This document shows, in pieces, positions 36,310 through 50,301 of a stretch of 64,000 bases of DNA. Every line of letters begins with the position of its first letter. Position 1 is the stretch's first letter. A program made the position numbers and the translations under genes. This DNA comes from Mobula hypostoma (taxonomy: Eukaryota), in NCBI RefSeq assembly GCF_963921235.1, contig NC_086097.1, positions 123,692,001 to 123,756,000 on the forward strand, given 5' to 3'. The notes under the pieces were generated by a model. The model saw only the letters and a list, made by a program, of their open reading frames with translations, ran no database searches and was not told the DNA's origin.

Positions 36310-37610
36310 AGTTATCCCCACTGGTTCAAGAGCCTGATGGTTGAGGGATAATAGGAGTTGCTGAACCAGGTGGCGAGAGTCCTGAGGCTCCTCTGCCTCC
36401 TTCCTGATGGCATCAGCAACAAGAGAGTATGACCTGGATATTGACAGACCCTGATGATGAATGCTGCTCCTCTATGACAAAACTCCCTGTAGATGTGCTC
36501 AGTGGTGGGGAGGGTTTTTCCTGTGATGAACTGGGCTGTCTACTGCTTTTTGTGGTATTTTCCATTCATGGTCACTGGTGTTTCTATGCCAGGCAGTGAT
36601 GAACCAGTCAATATACTTTCCACCACACATCTATAGAAGTTCTTCAGTTTTAGATGTCAGTCCAAATCTTCGCACACTCCTGAGGGAGTAGAGGTTTTGC
36701 CATGCTTTCTTCCTAATTGCATTTAAGTGCTGGATTCAGGACAGGTCTGCTGAAATTTCAACATGTTGCTGACCCTTGCCACCTCTGAACCCCGATGATA
36801 ACTGGCTTATAAGTTTCCATTTTCCTGCTTTTGAAGTCAATAAGCAGCTCCCTGGTCTTGCTGACATTGAGAGAGAGGTTGTTATAGTGGCACCAGTCAG
36901 TCCAATTTTTCAGTCTCCCTCCTATATGCTGATTTATCACTACCTTTGATTCGGCCATTGACTGTGGTGTCGTCAGCAAACTTAAGTATGGCATGAGGAG
37001 TCATAAGTGTAAAGTGAGTAGAACGGAGCTAAATTCAAAGCCTTGTGTTCTACTGTGCCGATGGAGTTCGTGGAGATGTTGTTGCCAATCCTGAACTTAC
37101 GGGGTCAGTGAGTGAGAAAATCGAGGATCCAATTACACAAGGATCTGTTGAGGCCAAGGACTTGAAGCTTATTGATTAGTTTTGAGGGCAAGATAGTACT
37201 GACTGCCGAGCTGTAGTTGATAAAGAGCATCCTGATGTATGCATCTTTGCTGTCCAAATGTTCCAGGGTTGAGTGAAGAGCCAATGCAATGGCATCTGCT
37301 GTGACCTGTTGTGCCGGTAGGCAAATTGGAGTGGATCCAAGTCGCTTCTCAGACAGGAGTTAATGTGTTTTATCGCCAACCTCTCAAAACACTTCATCAT
37401 AGTGGATGTAAGTGCAACCAGATGATACACATTGAGGCAGGTTACCCCATTATTCTTAGGCACTGGTATAATTGAAGGCTGCTTGAAGCGGGTAGGTACT
37501 TCAGACTGCCAAAGTGAAGGGTTAAAGATGTCAGTGAACACTCCAGCCAGTTGATCAGCACAGGTCTTCTGTACTCGGCCAGGTATCCCATATGGACCAG
37601 GTGCTCCCAT
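36310..37610 (-). mobile_element. L2/Rex1-like LINE RT fragment
   Basis: ORF 37176..37631(-) [41 protein letters not shown]. Confidence 0.85.
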
Positions 37611-37879
37611 TGTGCTCCTTTCTGTTCTCATCCTGTGGGTCTGTTCCGTATTGACAGTCTAGTCCAAGTCCAATCCATTTCTGCCATCTTTGTGCCAACA
37701 CTATCACCTTCCATTTACAATCAGATACAGGGGAGTGTGTGATTGGTTACTTCTGACCATTAATGTTGGATGCTCAATTCATACAAGGACACCATTGTTC
37801 TCAAGGGCCTGGTGTTTCATGATTAGACCTCTTACTTAACTATTTCACTCTTCAGCATAGTCTTTGGTTTTTCTCATAA

Positions 37880-38452
37880 CCATAAGACAGGCCATTCAGG
37901 TCCGTGAGTTTGCACCACCATTGCATCATGACTGATTTATTATCCCTCTCAACCCTATTCTCCTGCCTTCGCCCCATTATCTTTGACACTCTTACTGATC
38001 AAGAACCTACTAATTTCCACTTTAAATATACCCAATGATTTGGTCTCTGCAGCCGTCAGTGACAGTAAATTTCATGGATTCACCGCCCTCTGGTTAAAGA
38101 AATTCCTCCTCATCTCTATTTAAAGGACATCCTTCTATTCTGAATCTGTGCCCTCTGGCCCTAGCCTTCCCCCTATAGGAATCATCCTCTTCATGTCTAC
38201 TCTATCTAGGCCTTACAGTATTCAATAGGTTTCAATGAAATCTCCCCTCATTATTCTAAACTCCAGTGAATATGGGACCAGAGCCATCAAATGCTTCTCA
38301 TCTGTTAACCTTTTCGTTCCTGAGATCATTCTCATGAACCACCTCTGGACCCTCTACAATGCCAGCACATCCTTTCCCAGATAATAGGCCTAAAACTGCT
38401 CACAATACTCCAGTCTGACTAATGCCTTATAAAGCCTCAGCATTACATCCTT
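37880..38452 (-). mobile_element. CR1 LINE 3' fragment
   Basis: Similar to other CR1 3' ends in the window (aagaaattcctcctcatctc, ccttataaagcctcagcattacatcc). Confidence 0.75.
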
Positions 38453-40102
38453 AACCATGGCTGGTTTCATAACCATGGAAACAGCACATAGCACAATGAG
38501 ACTTTGATTTTTAACAGAAATGTCTTCGAAGTAACCGCTCTGGTTCTAATCCTGATGTGGCTACTCCAGTTTTAATTTTCTCACATTCCTCTTCAAAACA
38601 GTTAATTGACTACTTTAAATTGCCCCTAGCATGAGTGGGTTACAGGAGAAATGCTGATGTTAAGGGGCGGGGGGATAGGTGTGAATTGGTATTTGATGCT
38701 CTGTACTGATGTGATGGGCTAAAGACCTGTTTTCGTGCTGTACAATTTTATGATGTTAGTGATGTATTGTGCATTAGCATAGGTCAAGAATGCATTGACA
38801 TGTTTTGCAGCTAACAGTCACTTCTTAACAGACACACCAGCTGGCAATCAGCACGCTGAAGACTATTATTTAAGCTAAAAAGAGTATTCAGTTTGTTAAC
38901 ACATCTGGACAGGAGAAGAAAATGGTATTAGTCTTCCTCATACACCTCTGTTTCAATATCCATCTTGGTTGATTTGCCTAAGCTTGTTTCAGACTGTGCA
39001 GAATGATATTTAGGGAAGAATTTAATATGTTCTTGCTGACTTTCTTACCCCCTTAAACCAATAATTTTGGAATATAGATCAGTAATGAACAATACAGGCC
39101 CATCAGCCCACAATATTGTGCTGACCTTTTAACCTGCTCTTAGATTAACCTAATCTTACCCTCCTATATAGACCTGATATTTCTTTCATCCATGTGCCTA
39201 GCTAAGAGTTTCCTAAACGTCCCTAATGTATCTGCCTTTGTCATCACCACTCACAGGGTATTCCACACACTTTCCTGTGAGTGAGTGTGTGTATGTGTAA
39301 AAACCCTTACTTCTGACATTCCCACCTATACTTTCTTCCAATCGCCTTAAAATTATGCACTTTATATTTGCCATTTTCTCCCTGGGGGAAAAAGTCTCTG
39401 GTACTTTTAATGTAGTACAAATATCCAAAGGCATATTTTAATATTTTATAAATGAATAATTCACTCAGTCATCTATTATTATCTGATTCTGCAAAAAAGA
39501 AAGAAATCTGAAACAAAATCTTTAAAAAATAGACTTCTGAGCATGCATTTAACTGCTGTATTTTCTACATATGACTATAATGCCTATGTTTAATAGTGAG
39601 GTAAACAGGTATACTGGTGGTGTGATAGATGCATGAGACTGAATTTAAATTGACCTTCTATAGCTATTTGATACACGAATTGGGAGGACCAAACAAATGC
39701 AAACCAGTTTCTGGAAGGTGCATTTCTTACTCTGATCTAACGAATATTGTAAGCATTTGGAGAAGCTGGGCTTTAGCCATAACATTGCAGTGTGTTTCAG
39801 TTACTTAAATTTGGGTATTCCTAACCTATATCTGGTGCTCTCCCTCTCCAGAAACTTTAAATATTTGTATGGACTTCTCAGTATGGCAGATTGAATACTT
39901 GTTATTACTGGTGACAAATAATTAGTTTTTAGTTGCGGAGAGGCAATTAGTTTTGTTTCTTCCCATCCCATGCCGCATTCTTCTCAGATGCTGACAGTGA
40001 GGACTTTATAAAAGAGATAGATAGTTACTCTCCCTCTGCTGGAGATGATCTTTGCTTGATAATTCTATGATGCAAATGCTGCTTCTGAACTATGAATCAT
40101 GA

Positions 40103-40237
40103 GCAAGAGAAAATCTGCGGATGCTGGAAATACAAGCATCATCAACAAAATGCTAGAAGCGCGAAACGTTGACTGTACTTTTTTCCATAGATGCTGCCTG
40201 GCCTGCTGATTTCCTCCAGCATTTTTTGTGTGTTGCT
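40103..40237. mobile_element. Old mini-PLE remnant with inverted structure
   Basis: Minus-strand tail followed by plus-strand gaaacgttgactg...ccagcattttttgtgtgttgct. Confidence 0.65.
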
Positions 40238-41065
40238 CTCAACCATGAATGTTGCTTTCCTTTTGCATGGCGATGATGTTCTCTTAATTTACTGAAGAGA
40301 ATTGTATGTTTGTGCAAACATCTGTGAACATGCCCTCTTAAGAACTTGTGATGGAAGGACATTCATTATTGAAGAAACTGAAGGTGTTTGGATCTTGGAT
40401 TCTGCCCTAAACTTCTCCTCCAGTAAATTTATTATTGAAGTATGTTTATGTCACCATCTACTGCTCTGAGATTCATTTTCTTGCAGATATTCACAGTAAA
40501 ACAAAAAAAATGGAATTAGTGAAAAATAACAAACAAAGACTGACAATCTCCAAAAGAAGACAAGCAAGCAAGGAAGCACATAGATAGATAATAACAAAAT
40601 TTTAAAAGAAATAGAAAAATAAATAAAAATAAAACATAATTTAAATAAAATAGCCAAAAAAACAAACTCACTAAGAACATGAGTTGCAGAGTTCTTGAAA
40701 GTGAATCCATAGGTTGTGGAATCAGTTCGGAGTTCAGTTGAGTCAAGTTCTCCATGCTAATTCAGGAGCCTGATGGTTGTAGGATAATAACCAGAGCTTC
40801 TTCATGCCATACGTGATCAAATCCTTTCTCACTGTACTTCAGCACTTTGGTCCATGTTTGAATCATTCACCAATACTGTGCTTAGCAACACCTAGTTTGG
40901 ATTTCAAGAGGGTGATTAGATATAGAGCCTAATCATCCTGCTGAAACCCAAACTGGCTAAGCAGACTATTAGTTAGTGAATGCCATTTTATTGCCCGTGT
41001 TAATGACATCACCGTCACATTGCTGCTGAGTGAAAATAGTCTGGGTGGTTATTAGCAAAATTGGA

Positions 41066-41165
41066 ACAAACACAAAATGCTGGAGGAAATCAGCAAGCTA
41101 GGCAATACACATGGAAAGGAATGAACAGTCGACAATTTGGGCCAAGACCCTTCATTAGGACTCCC
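41066..41165 (-). mobile_element. 100-bp PLE terminal fragment
   Basis: 12-bp TSD agcaaaattgga at 41054-41065 and 41166-41177. Confidence 0.8.
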
Positions 41166-42185
41166 AGCAAAATTGGATTGGATTTCATTTCATGAACAGG
41201 GCATACTGTGCCTGTCTTCCACATGGTTGAATAATTTCTATAGTTGTAACTTCACTACAACAGCTTAGCCAGACGTTCAACTTGTTCAGGACCACAGGTC
41301 TACGGTGCTACAGCTGGAGAGTTATTTCCACCCATATTTTTTGTGGTGTCCAGTACTGATTGGCTACTTCTTGATAACATGGAGTGAATACAAATAGCTG
41401 GTCTAGATGACTTGATGGCATGAATTCCTGAAGAAAGCTCTGTTATAATAAGAGGAATAGATTAAGGAGAAAGACAGAGAGACTTTTTTTTCGCCAGGGC
41501 GGAAATGGCTAATACATAGGGGCATGATTTTAAGGTGACTGGGGAAAAATATGGTGGGTGGATTTCAGTGGTAAGTATATTATACAGAGAGTGGTGGTGT
41601 TGGGCAGCTACATTAGGAGCGATTAAGAAATTCTTAGCAGGCTCATGGATGATAGAAAAATGGAGAGCTATGTAGGAGGGAAGCTTTAGATTGATCTTAG
41701 AGTAGGTTAAAAGGTTTGCACAACATCGTGGGCTAAAAAATCTGTAATGCTGTATGTTCTCTGTTAGTTCATTGGCATGGTTGAACCTAGTTGCAGCTGC
41801 TTCAGCCAGGCCTTTAGCACTTTCACCCTGGGCCCTGCTGTCACTGAGGATGCAGGAGTTTTGGAACTGGCTTTTCCTGTTAATGATTTTAATTATCCAC
41901 CATTCTATTCCATTAGATTTTGGAAACTCTGCAGAATTTTTGATTGGATCTGTTTGTTAGATTATTTAGCTCTATGTCATGCATGATGGAGACAGTAAAG
42001 TACCTGTGGCATGAGACTACCAACTTCCATGCTGAACATTGTTCCTGTTGTTGGCTCACTAATACCCAGTTCTGAGCTGCCTGAACTACAATGAATCTGT
42101 CCCAATTTACACAGCTGGAAGCAATACAACATAATGAAAGATGTCTTTGATGTTAGGACAGACTACCTCTGCAGAACTGAATAGT

Positions 42186-42436
42186 TGTGGCGGCCGGCCC
42201 ATGGGGGACTCGACCCGCCATCAGGAGCCACGGGCAGACATGTGGTAGCACGTTTGGAACTACCCGCTCGGGGTGGACCTTCTGGGGATAGTCTGACGTC
42301 ACGTCCGCCCCACGGGTCGCAGGAGTCCATGGGAGGGGAGATTTAAGCACGCGATTTTGAATCAGTAAAGGCATTCTGAGTTCAGCTGTCTCTGCCTCCG
42401 AGTGTTTCTTTAGTAGTGCGTTTGCGCGTGACTACA
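42186..42436 (+). mobile_element. Short GC-rich solo LTR (251 bp)
   Basis: TGT...ACA ends; 4-bp TSD tagt (42182-42185, 42437-42440). Confidence 0.8.
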
Positions 42437-43790
42437 TAGTATTCATTTCTACTGATGTTATCCTGGATAGATTCTGCCATGAATGAACTGTTGAGGATGA
42501 GGACAAATAGGTCTATCTCTTCTGTTGGTTTAAGATTCTTCCAAACCAATTTGATGAACAGTGAAGTTCACCACCCAAAATGCATGCTATATACTACTAC
42601 CACAATTTCTTCCAGGAGTTTTTCAACACTGAGCTGTTGAGATGCATTGATTCATCAGCTGAGAGGAAGTGATAGGTGATAATCAGGAGAGGCTTTCCTT
42701 GCATGTGTTTGGCATAACAAACAAATCAAGAACAGGTGATTACTTAGGGTGAGAAAGCTAATGGGGTTAAGATAGGAGAATGGGGTTCAGAGGGATAATA
42801 AATCAGCCATGATGGAATGGTGGAGCAGATTAAATGGGCTGAATGCCCTAATTCTGCTCCTATGTCTTATGTTGCTCTCACTCAATGTGCCACAACACAA
42901 TCGCAGTTGAATTCAGCAAGACCAATGTGCTGATTATTGACTGCAGGAGAAGAAAGCCAGAGGTGATCAGAAGTGGAGAGGGTCATCAAATTTTAATTCC
43001 TTCGTGCTATCATTCCAGAGGACCCGTCCTGGGACCAGCACCTAAGTGCAAGTACGAAGAAAGCAAGACATATGTTTTTTTTTATGTCTGTGAAGATGGA
43101 TGCAAAGAATTTTTATGCCGTTTGCTTTTTCAGCATCATTAGTTATTCCATCCATACTTATAAAGGACTTTTTCCCCTTCACTAGTCTTTCATAATTTGT
43201 TCTTGCTTGCCATCAGTTTACTCTCATTCTGCCTTTTCTTTTCCAATCTCTTAGGACTCCTTCTTGGGCCTACTGTTACTTCTGGCATTTTTAGGAGCCT
43301 TTTCCTGATTCTAGACTTCAAAGTCAATACTAGAGACTGTCAGGGCTACTTGTGCCTGTATATGGTTGTGCAGACTTTTCTGTAGCTCTGCCTAGCTAGA
43401 GGAATGGAACATTCCCAGGGACTATGCTTATGGCCATGTATGTTTATGTGAAGATTACCATGCCAGTCTGTTGCATCATGATTTTTATAGAATATTGTCC
43501 TAGTTTAGACATCAGTGCCCAGCTGAGTTGCAACTTTCCCCAGTGAGGAAGGTTCTGCAAGGTTAACTTGGTTGAGAGTATCCTTGTTAAATGCCCACCA
43601 TCCAAAAAGATGACGTACGTATTCTATCAGAATTGCTTCTAAAAATCTTTGGTTTTTTTGTTTTCACAAAATTCATTGATTACTTCCCTCCCTTTTAAAA
43701 ACGGCTCTTACTTCAGGTTTGCAGAAGTGCTATTACTTCACTACAGAATATTCAAACCCTTCTGAGTTTACTGTGATACTTTTCCACCAG

Positions 43791-43857
43791 GATATCACTG
43801 TCCAGGAGCTTCCCGCTGTGTTGGTGTTCAAAGATGGAACCTACTACACGTATGATG
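43791..43857 (+). CDS. TMX3: TMX3 coding exon (DITVQELPAVLVFKDGTYYTYD)
   Basis: ttttccaccAG acceptor, GTgagt donor; 67 nt, phase 0 to 1; PAVLVFKD motif. No further exon found before the window end. Confidence 0.93.
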
Positions 43858-44897
43858 GTGAGTAAAGAAGAGATGGTTTTTTCTTTCTTCAAAGCTGTGT
43901 GAATGCTATTTATATGGAAAAGACCACGCAGAAGATGCAAGTAGAGCAAATAAGTGAAATTAAGCTTTGTTACATTTTTCTTAGTACTTTCAGACAAAGC
44001 ACCAATGTCCGTTACTTTAATGAAATTATGAGTGTTAAGAATAATGTGATTTTTTGCAATTGCTTCTGAATTCTTGTAAATAACATGATTGAATGGTTTT
44101 GGTATTGCACTTGAGATTTGCTTTCAGTGGTGAATTTCCGCTATACTGATTGAATTTAATGCACATTTCCAATAAGTCTTTTGTGTAGGTTCAGTTCATA
44201 AGTGGTATGAATTCTTTGATTCTCTTTGGTGTATGCTTTTGCTTTTACTATTGTATGCCAAAATTGCTAGTTTTGGTACCTGTTTAAAAAGTTCCATAGA
44301 ATTAAAATTCATCAACTTCCAGTCTCCAAGAGAAACTAACCTACAAATCAATCTAGCATATTCAGAATAATTGATCCGGATGTCTCCTTAACTGGTGGCA
44401 TTCATCAAAAGTAATGCTTACTTATTTTGTTCACCCTGCTTGCAATTTCAAGAACCTTTGGAAAAAGCTTGACGTAAAGTTAGTGTTCATTTGCTTATTC
44501 ATTGTAAAGTGTCGAGTTCCGTGTATTTGTAATAATCACTTACAGGTGTCTTGAGGGGAAAAAAAACTACTGAAATCACCATGCCCTTTCTTACTTTTGA
44601 AACTACTATATATGCTAGATTCAGAAGCAGAGTAGAGAACAATTTCAGTGTTATCTCCAGTGCTGAACCTACACAAAAGACTTACGGGAAATGTGCAACA
44701 AATTCAAACTTCGTTGTGAATTCCAATCTGCTGAAAGTATCTTGTTTTGATGATTGTTTCAAATATCCTGTTGAAGCATCCCATTCTTCTTAGTTGCTTG
44801 GTTTGATCCATGCTGCCTAACAGCTACTTGTCAATAATTTCAGTAATACCGCACATTCAACAAATTGTCTACCATATCTTTCTCAAATATGATCATA

Positions 44898-45432
44898 CAC
44901 TCATTGTCCACTTTATTAGGTACAGGAGTCGAACCCATGTGTGGTCTTCTGCTACAGGCACCCATCCACTTCAAATTTCAACATGTTGTGCGTTCAGAGA
45001 TGCTCTTCTGCACACTGCATGGTTATTTGAGTTACTGTCACCTTCTTGTCAGCTTTCACGAGTCTGGCCATTCTCCTTTAACCTCTCTCATTAGCAAGAC
45101 AATTGTGTCCATAAAACAGCCATTCACAGGATGTAGTTTGTTTCTTGCACCTTCTTTGTATTCCTTAGAGATTGTTGTGTCTGAAAAACCCGGAAGATCA
45201 GCGGTTTCTAAGATAATCAAACCACCCTATTTGGCAGCAATAATCATTCCATTGTCAAAGTCACTTAGATCATATCCCTTCCCCACTCGGATGTTTGGAC
45301 TGAACAACAGCTGAACCTCTTGACCGTGTCTGTGTACTTTATGCATTGAGTTGCTGCCACATGATCGGCTGATTAGATATTTGCATTAATGAGCAGGTGT
45401 ATAGGAGTACCTAATAAAGTGGACACTGACTG
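44898..45432. mobile_element. Non-autonomous Tc1-like element
   Basis: TA-flanked TIRs cactcattgtccactttattaggtac / gtacctaataaagtggacactgactg. Confidence 0.85.
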
Positions 45433-46923
45433 TATACTGCTTCATTATTTTTGACATTGAGCTGAGAAACCAGTTGGTCAAGCTGTGTAGGATGTGAATT
45501 CTTAAACTGCTTTGTTAGGCGAAATAACTTTCCCTTTTGCATAATGTACAAAATAATGAGCTCATCCTACATGGCAATCATTTAGACCAAACTGTATTGC
45601 TGAGCTAACAGCAGAAATCCCTGGGGGGAAAAAAATCCCTCGGGTCAGGTAGCATCTACATAATATGACACAGACAACATTTCAGTTCTACAATCCACCA
45701 ATAAAACTGCTGAGCTCCTGGGACCAAGGAGAGAAGTTTATTTTTTATCTCATTGGGACTATGCACATTGATGGATGTAACCTAATTGCATTTTTACGAC
45801 AGTTTACATTTGTGCAGTGCCATTCATCAAGTAAATTACTGAAGATATTTCACAGCAATACTGCATAAAATATGATGCTGATTTAGATTCATTTACTATC
45901 TGTACATAAAAATGTAGAGTGAAATGTACCATTTGTATTAACAACACACCAAGGATATGCTAAGGGCAGCCCGCAAGAGTCACCACACATTCTAGCATCA
46001 ACACAATGAGTGGCAGGACCGTAAAGAACACAACAAAACAACATCAGTGAAACAAGCCCTATTTCTCCATCCCTCCCGCACAGCCACCCATGCACATACA
46101 GTCCTCTAACCTCAGGGCAGGCCGAGTTCTTCGACCTCCAGTAGACTTGTAGTTTTACTGGCACTGAGCCCTGTCTTCCCAGTGATCTCACAGACCCAAG
46201 CTCCAGTCATCAGGCCTCGACTTCTGTACTTCCGATCAACCTTCAGGCTTTGATTCCAAATCAGATGGAAACCTTAGGACATGTGGTGTTAGAGTTTTAA
46301 AGGTATAGGGACGTGGAGAGGCTCTTGGAGAGAGATCTAGAACTTGGAATCTAACCACCAAGATGACAACACAAACCCGAAATTGGAGAAATACCGCCTC
46401 CAAGGAAAATTGATAACAAGTTTATTAACTGATAGGAGACCATAACATAGAATATAGAACAATATTGCACAGGAATAGGTCCTTTGGTCCACAATGTTGT
46501 ATCAAACCAACTAAATTAGTTATCAAATGGCTAATTAAATTAGTCTCTCTGCCTACGCAATGTCCATATTAGTACACTTTCCTCATGAGCATATGCTTAT
46601 CTAAGCATCTTTTAAAAGTCCCTAGGTATCTGCCTCTATTACCACCCCAGGCAGTGCATTCCAGGTACCCACTATACTCTATGTTTAAAAAAAACTTGTT
46701 GTCCTTGACATCTCCCTCTCACCTTAAATGCATGCCCTCTGGTATCAGGCATTTCAACCAAGGGAAAAAGATCCTGTCTGTCTACTCTATCTATGCATCT
46801 CTTAATCTTATAAACCTTTATCAGATCTTCTCTCAACCTCTGCAGCTCCAGAGAAATCAACCCAAATTTAACCAACTTCTTGTTATAGCACATGCCCTCT
46901 AATCCAGGCAACATCCTGGGTAA

Positions 46924-47499
46924 CACACATAAAAAATGCTGGTGAACACAGCAGGCCAGGCAGCATCTATAGGAAGAGGTACAGTCGACGTTTCGGGCTG
47001 AAACCCTTCGTCAGGACTAACTGAAAGAAGAGATAGTAAGAGATTTGAGAGGGGGAGGGGGAGATCTGAAATGATAGGAGAAGACAGGAGGGGGAGGGAT
47101 GGAGCCAAGAGCTGGAAAGTGATTGGCAAAAGGGATATCAGAGGATCATGGGACGGGAAGCCTAGGGAGAAAGAAAGGGGGAGGGGGGAAGCCCAGAGGA
47201 TGGGCAAGGAGTATAGTGAGAGGGACAGAGGGAGAAAAAGGAGAGAGTAAATAAATAAATAATGATAATAAATAAATAAATGACTCTGGAGGGGAGGTGG
47301 GGCATTAACAGAAGGTAGAGAAGTCAATGTTCATGTCATCGGGTTGGAGGCTACCCAGACGGAATAGAAGATGTTGTTCCTCCAACCTGAGTGTGGCTTC
47401 AGAATGGGAATGGGACGTGGAATTAAAATGTGTGGCCACTGGGAGATCCTTTTTTCTCTGGCGGACAGAGCGTAGGTGTTCAGCAAAACAGTCTCCCAG
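46924..47499 (-). mobile_element. PLE terminal repeat plus GIY-YIG end
   Basis: [13 protein letters not shown]; imperfect TSD cctgggtaa/cctggtaa. Confidence 0.85.
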
Positions 47500-48222
47500 C
47501 CTGGTAAACCTCTTCTGCACTCTCTCCAAAACCTTGACATCCTTTCTATAATGGTATGACCAGAACTGTATGCAATACTCCAGATGCGGCCTACTAGAGT
47601 TTTATAAAGCTGCTGTATAACTCCTGACTTTTGAACTCAATGACTTGACTAATAAAGGCAAGCGTGCCACATGCCTTCTTAATTAGTGTAGCCACCTTCA
47701 GAAAGTGATGAACTTAGACTCCAAGATCCCTCTGCTCATCAATACTAAGGGTCTTGTCTTAAAAGTGCACTGTTTCTTTGCATTTGACCTATCAAGGTGC
47801 AACACTTCACAATTGGTTTGGTGAAACAACATCTGTTATTTCCCCACACATATCTGCAACTGATCTATATCTCACTCTATTCTTTGCCAGTCTTCTATGG
47901 TATCCACAACACCACCAATCTTCACACCATCTGCAAACTTACTCACCCATCTACATTTTCATCTAGGTCATTTGTATACATCAGAAACAGCAGAGATCCC
48001 AGTACAGTTCCCTGCAGAACATCAGTAAACACAAACCTTCAGCTAGAGTAAGTCCCTTCTATCACTACCTTCTGTTTTCTATGGGCAAACAATCTCTAAA
48101 TCCAAACGACCAATTCACCATGAATCCCTCCCATGCATCTTAATCTTCTGGATGAGCTTCCCATGAGGTACCTTGTCAAGTGCCTTACTAAAATCCATGT
48201 TGACAACATCCATGGCTCTACC

Positions 48223-48592
48223 TTGGTAACAACAGATGGTGCAGTCTGGGTCATATTACGATCGAGGAACGTGTTTGTAGACCGGATATTGAACTTTTTA
48301 CTGTTGGACTTCGGCCATATTCCACCAAGATACAACACTGGGCGGCGCGGGAGGTCGTTCCTGCCTGTGGCCATTGAACTTGCTGCTCCTCCCGTGGAGG
48401 GTCAGACACCCTGAGCCAATAGACTGGTCCTGGACCTATTTTTCATCTGGCAAAGTTTGCATTTGTTGTTTGATTGTTTGTGGTTTTTGTATTGCTATAT
48501 TTATACTCTATTCTTGGTTGGTGTGGCTGTAACGAAACTCAATTTCCCTCGGAATCAATGAAGTATATCTATCTATCTATCTATCTATCTAT
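48223..48592 (+). mobile_element. Rex1-like 3' fragment with (TATC)n tail
   Basis: PPRYNTGRRGRSFLPVAI peptide; 3' UTR similar to 53830-53945; microsatellite tail. Confidence 0.7.
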
Positions 48593-49172
48593 CAATCGCA
48601 CTCATCACCTTGTCAAAAAAAATTATATCTAATTAGTAAGACAGGACTTACCCTGCACAAAGCCATGCTAGCTCTTCCTAATTAGGCCATGGTTTTCCAA
48701 ATGCTCATAAATTCTATCCCTAAGAATTCTCTCTAGTACCCTTCCTACCACTGACGTGAGACTCCCTGGTCTATAGTTTCCAGGATTATCCCTGATTACC
48801 TCCTTGAACAATTGAACAACAATAGCTACTCGTCCTCTGACACCTCACCAGTGGCTTGAGAGGATACGAAGATATTGGTCAAGGTCTGAGCAGTCTCTTC
48901 TTCAACTTCTCAATAAGCTGGGGTATGACCCATTAAGCCTTACGGACTTATCCACTTTCCTCTTTAAGAGACCCAACACAGCCTCCTGCTTTACCTTGAA
49001 AAGCCCTAGCATATCAATAAGCTCAGCATTGATCTCCCTATCCTCCAAGTCCTTCTCCTCGGTAAGTACTGATGCACTACTCATTAAGGACCTCTGCTTT
49101 CAAGCAACTGTTCCCACCTTTGTCTTTGAGTGGTCCTACCCTCTCCCTAGTTATCCTCTTACTCTTAATGTA

Positions 49173-50301
49173 CAGTTGTAAGAAAAAGTTTGTAAACCCA
49201 TTGCAATTACTGGTAGTTCTGCTTTAATTACTCATAAAATGTGGTCTGATCTTCATCTAGGTAATAATAGTAGACAAACACAATCTGCCTAAACTAATAA
49301 TACACAAGCAATTGTACTTTTCATGTCTTTATTGAACACATTGTCTAATCACAGTCCAGGCTGGGAAAAGTATGTGAATCCTTGTACTTAATAACTGGTA
49401 AAATCTCCTTTAGCAGCAATAACCTCCACCAGATGTTTCCTATAGCTGTTGATCAGATTTGAACAACAGTGAGGATGAATTTTAGACCATTCCTCCATAC
49501 AAAACCGTTTCAGTTCATCAATATTTCTAGGATACCTTGCATGACCAGCCCTCTTCAGGCTATGTCACCACATCTCAATTTGTTTAAGATCTGGACTCTG
49601 GCTTGGCCATTCCAAAATGCAAATTTTCTTCTTTTTAAACCATTCTGTTGTTGATTTACTCATGTGTTTCAGATTATTGTCCATGTTTCACAGTTGGGAT
49701 GAGGTTTTGATGCTGGTGTGCAGTACCCTTTTTCCTTCAAACATGGTGGTTTGCCATTTCTGCCAAAAAGTTCAACTTCTGTCTCATTTGTCCACAGAAC
49801 ATTGTCTCAGAAGCATTGTGGAACATCCAGGTGGACTTTTGCAAATTTGAGACGTGCAGTAATTTTTTTTTTTGGAGAACAATGGTTTCAACCATGGTGT
49901 CTTTCCATGTACATCATTCTTGTTCAGTGTTTTTCATATAGTGGACACATGAACAGAGACTCGAGCAGGTTCTAGAGATTTCAACAGGTCTTTTGCTATT
50001 ACCCTTGGGTTCTTTGAGAGGATCCTTCAGCATTCATTGATTGAAACACCTGACTCTATATAGCTTTTGTAGAAGGCATTACCCCAGAGGTACACATACT
50101 ACTTTGAACCTAGACTGTGATTGTTTAAATGGTGTACTCAGTATTGACCAGAAGGAATACAATTGTTTGTGTGTTAGTAGTTTAGGCAGACTGTTTTTGT
50201 CTATTATTGTGACTTAGATGAAGGTCAAACCACATTTTATGAGTAATTAATGCAGAAAACCAGGTAATTGTAAAGGGTTCACAAACTTTTTCTTACAACT
50301 G
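49173..50301 (-). mobile_element. Internally deleted Tc1-like transposon
   Basis: TA-cagttgtaagaaaaagtttgt...acaaactttttcttacaactg-TA with long inverted repeats. Confidence 0.9.

Noticed and set aside
48565..48592. (TATC)n, (TAG)n and (CAAC)n microsatellites as independent repeats or CRISPR-like arrays
   Set aside because: They are 3' tails of non-LTR retroelements; there is no repeat-spacer structure and the DNA is eukaryotic
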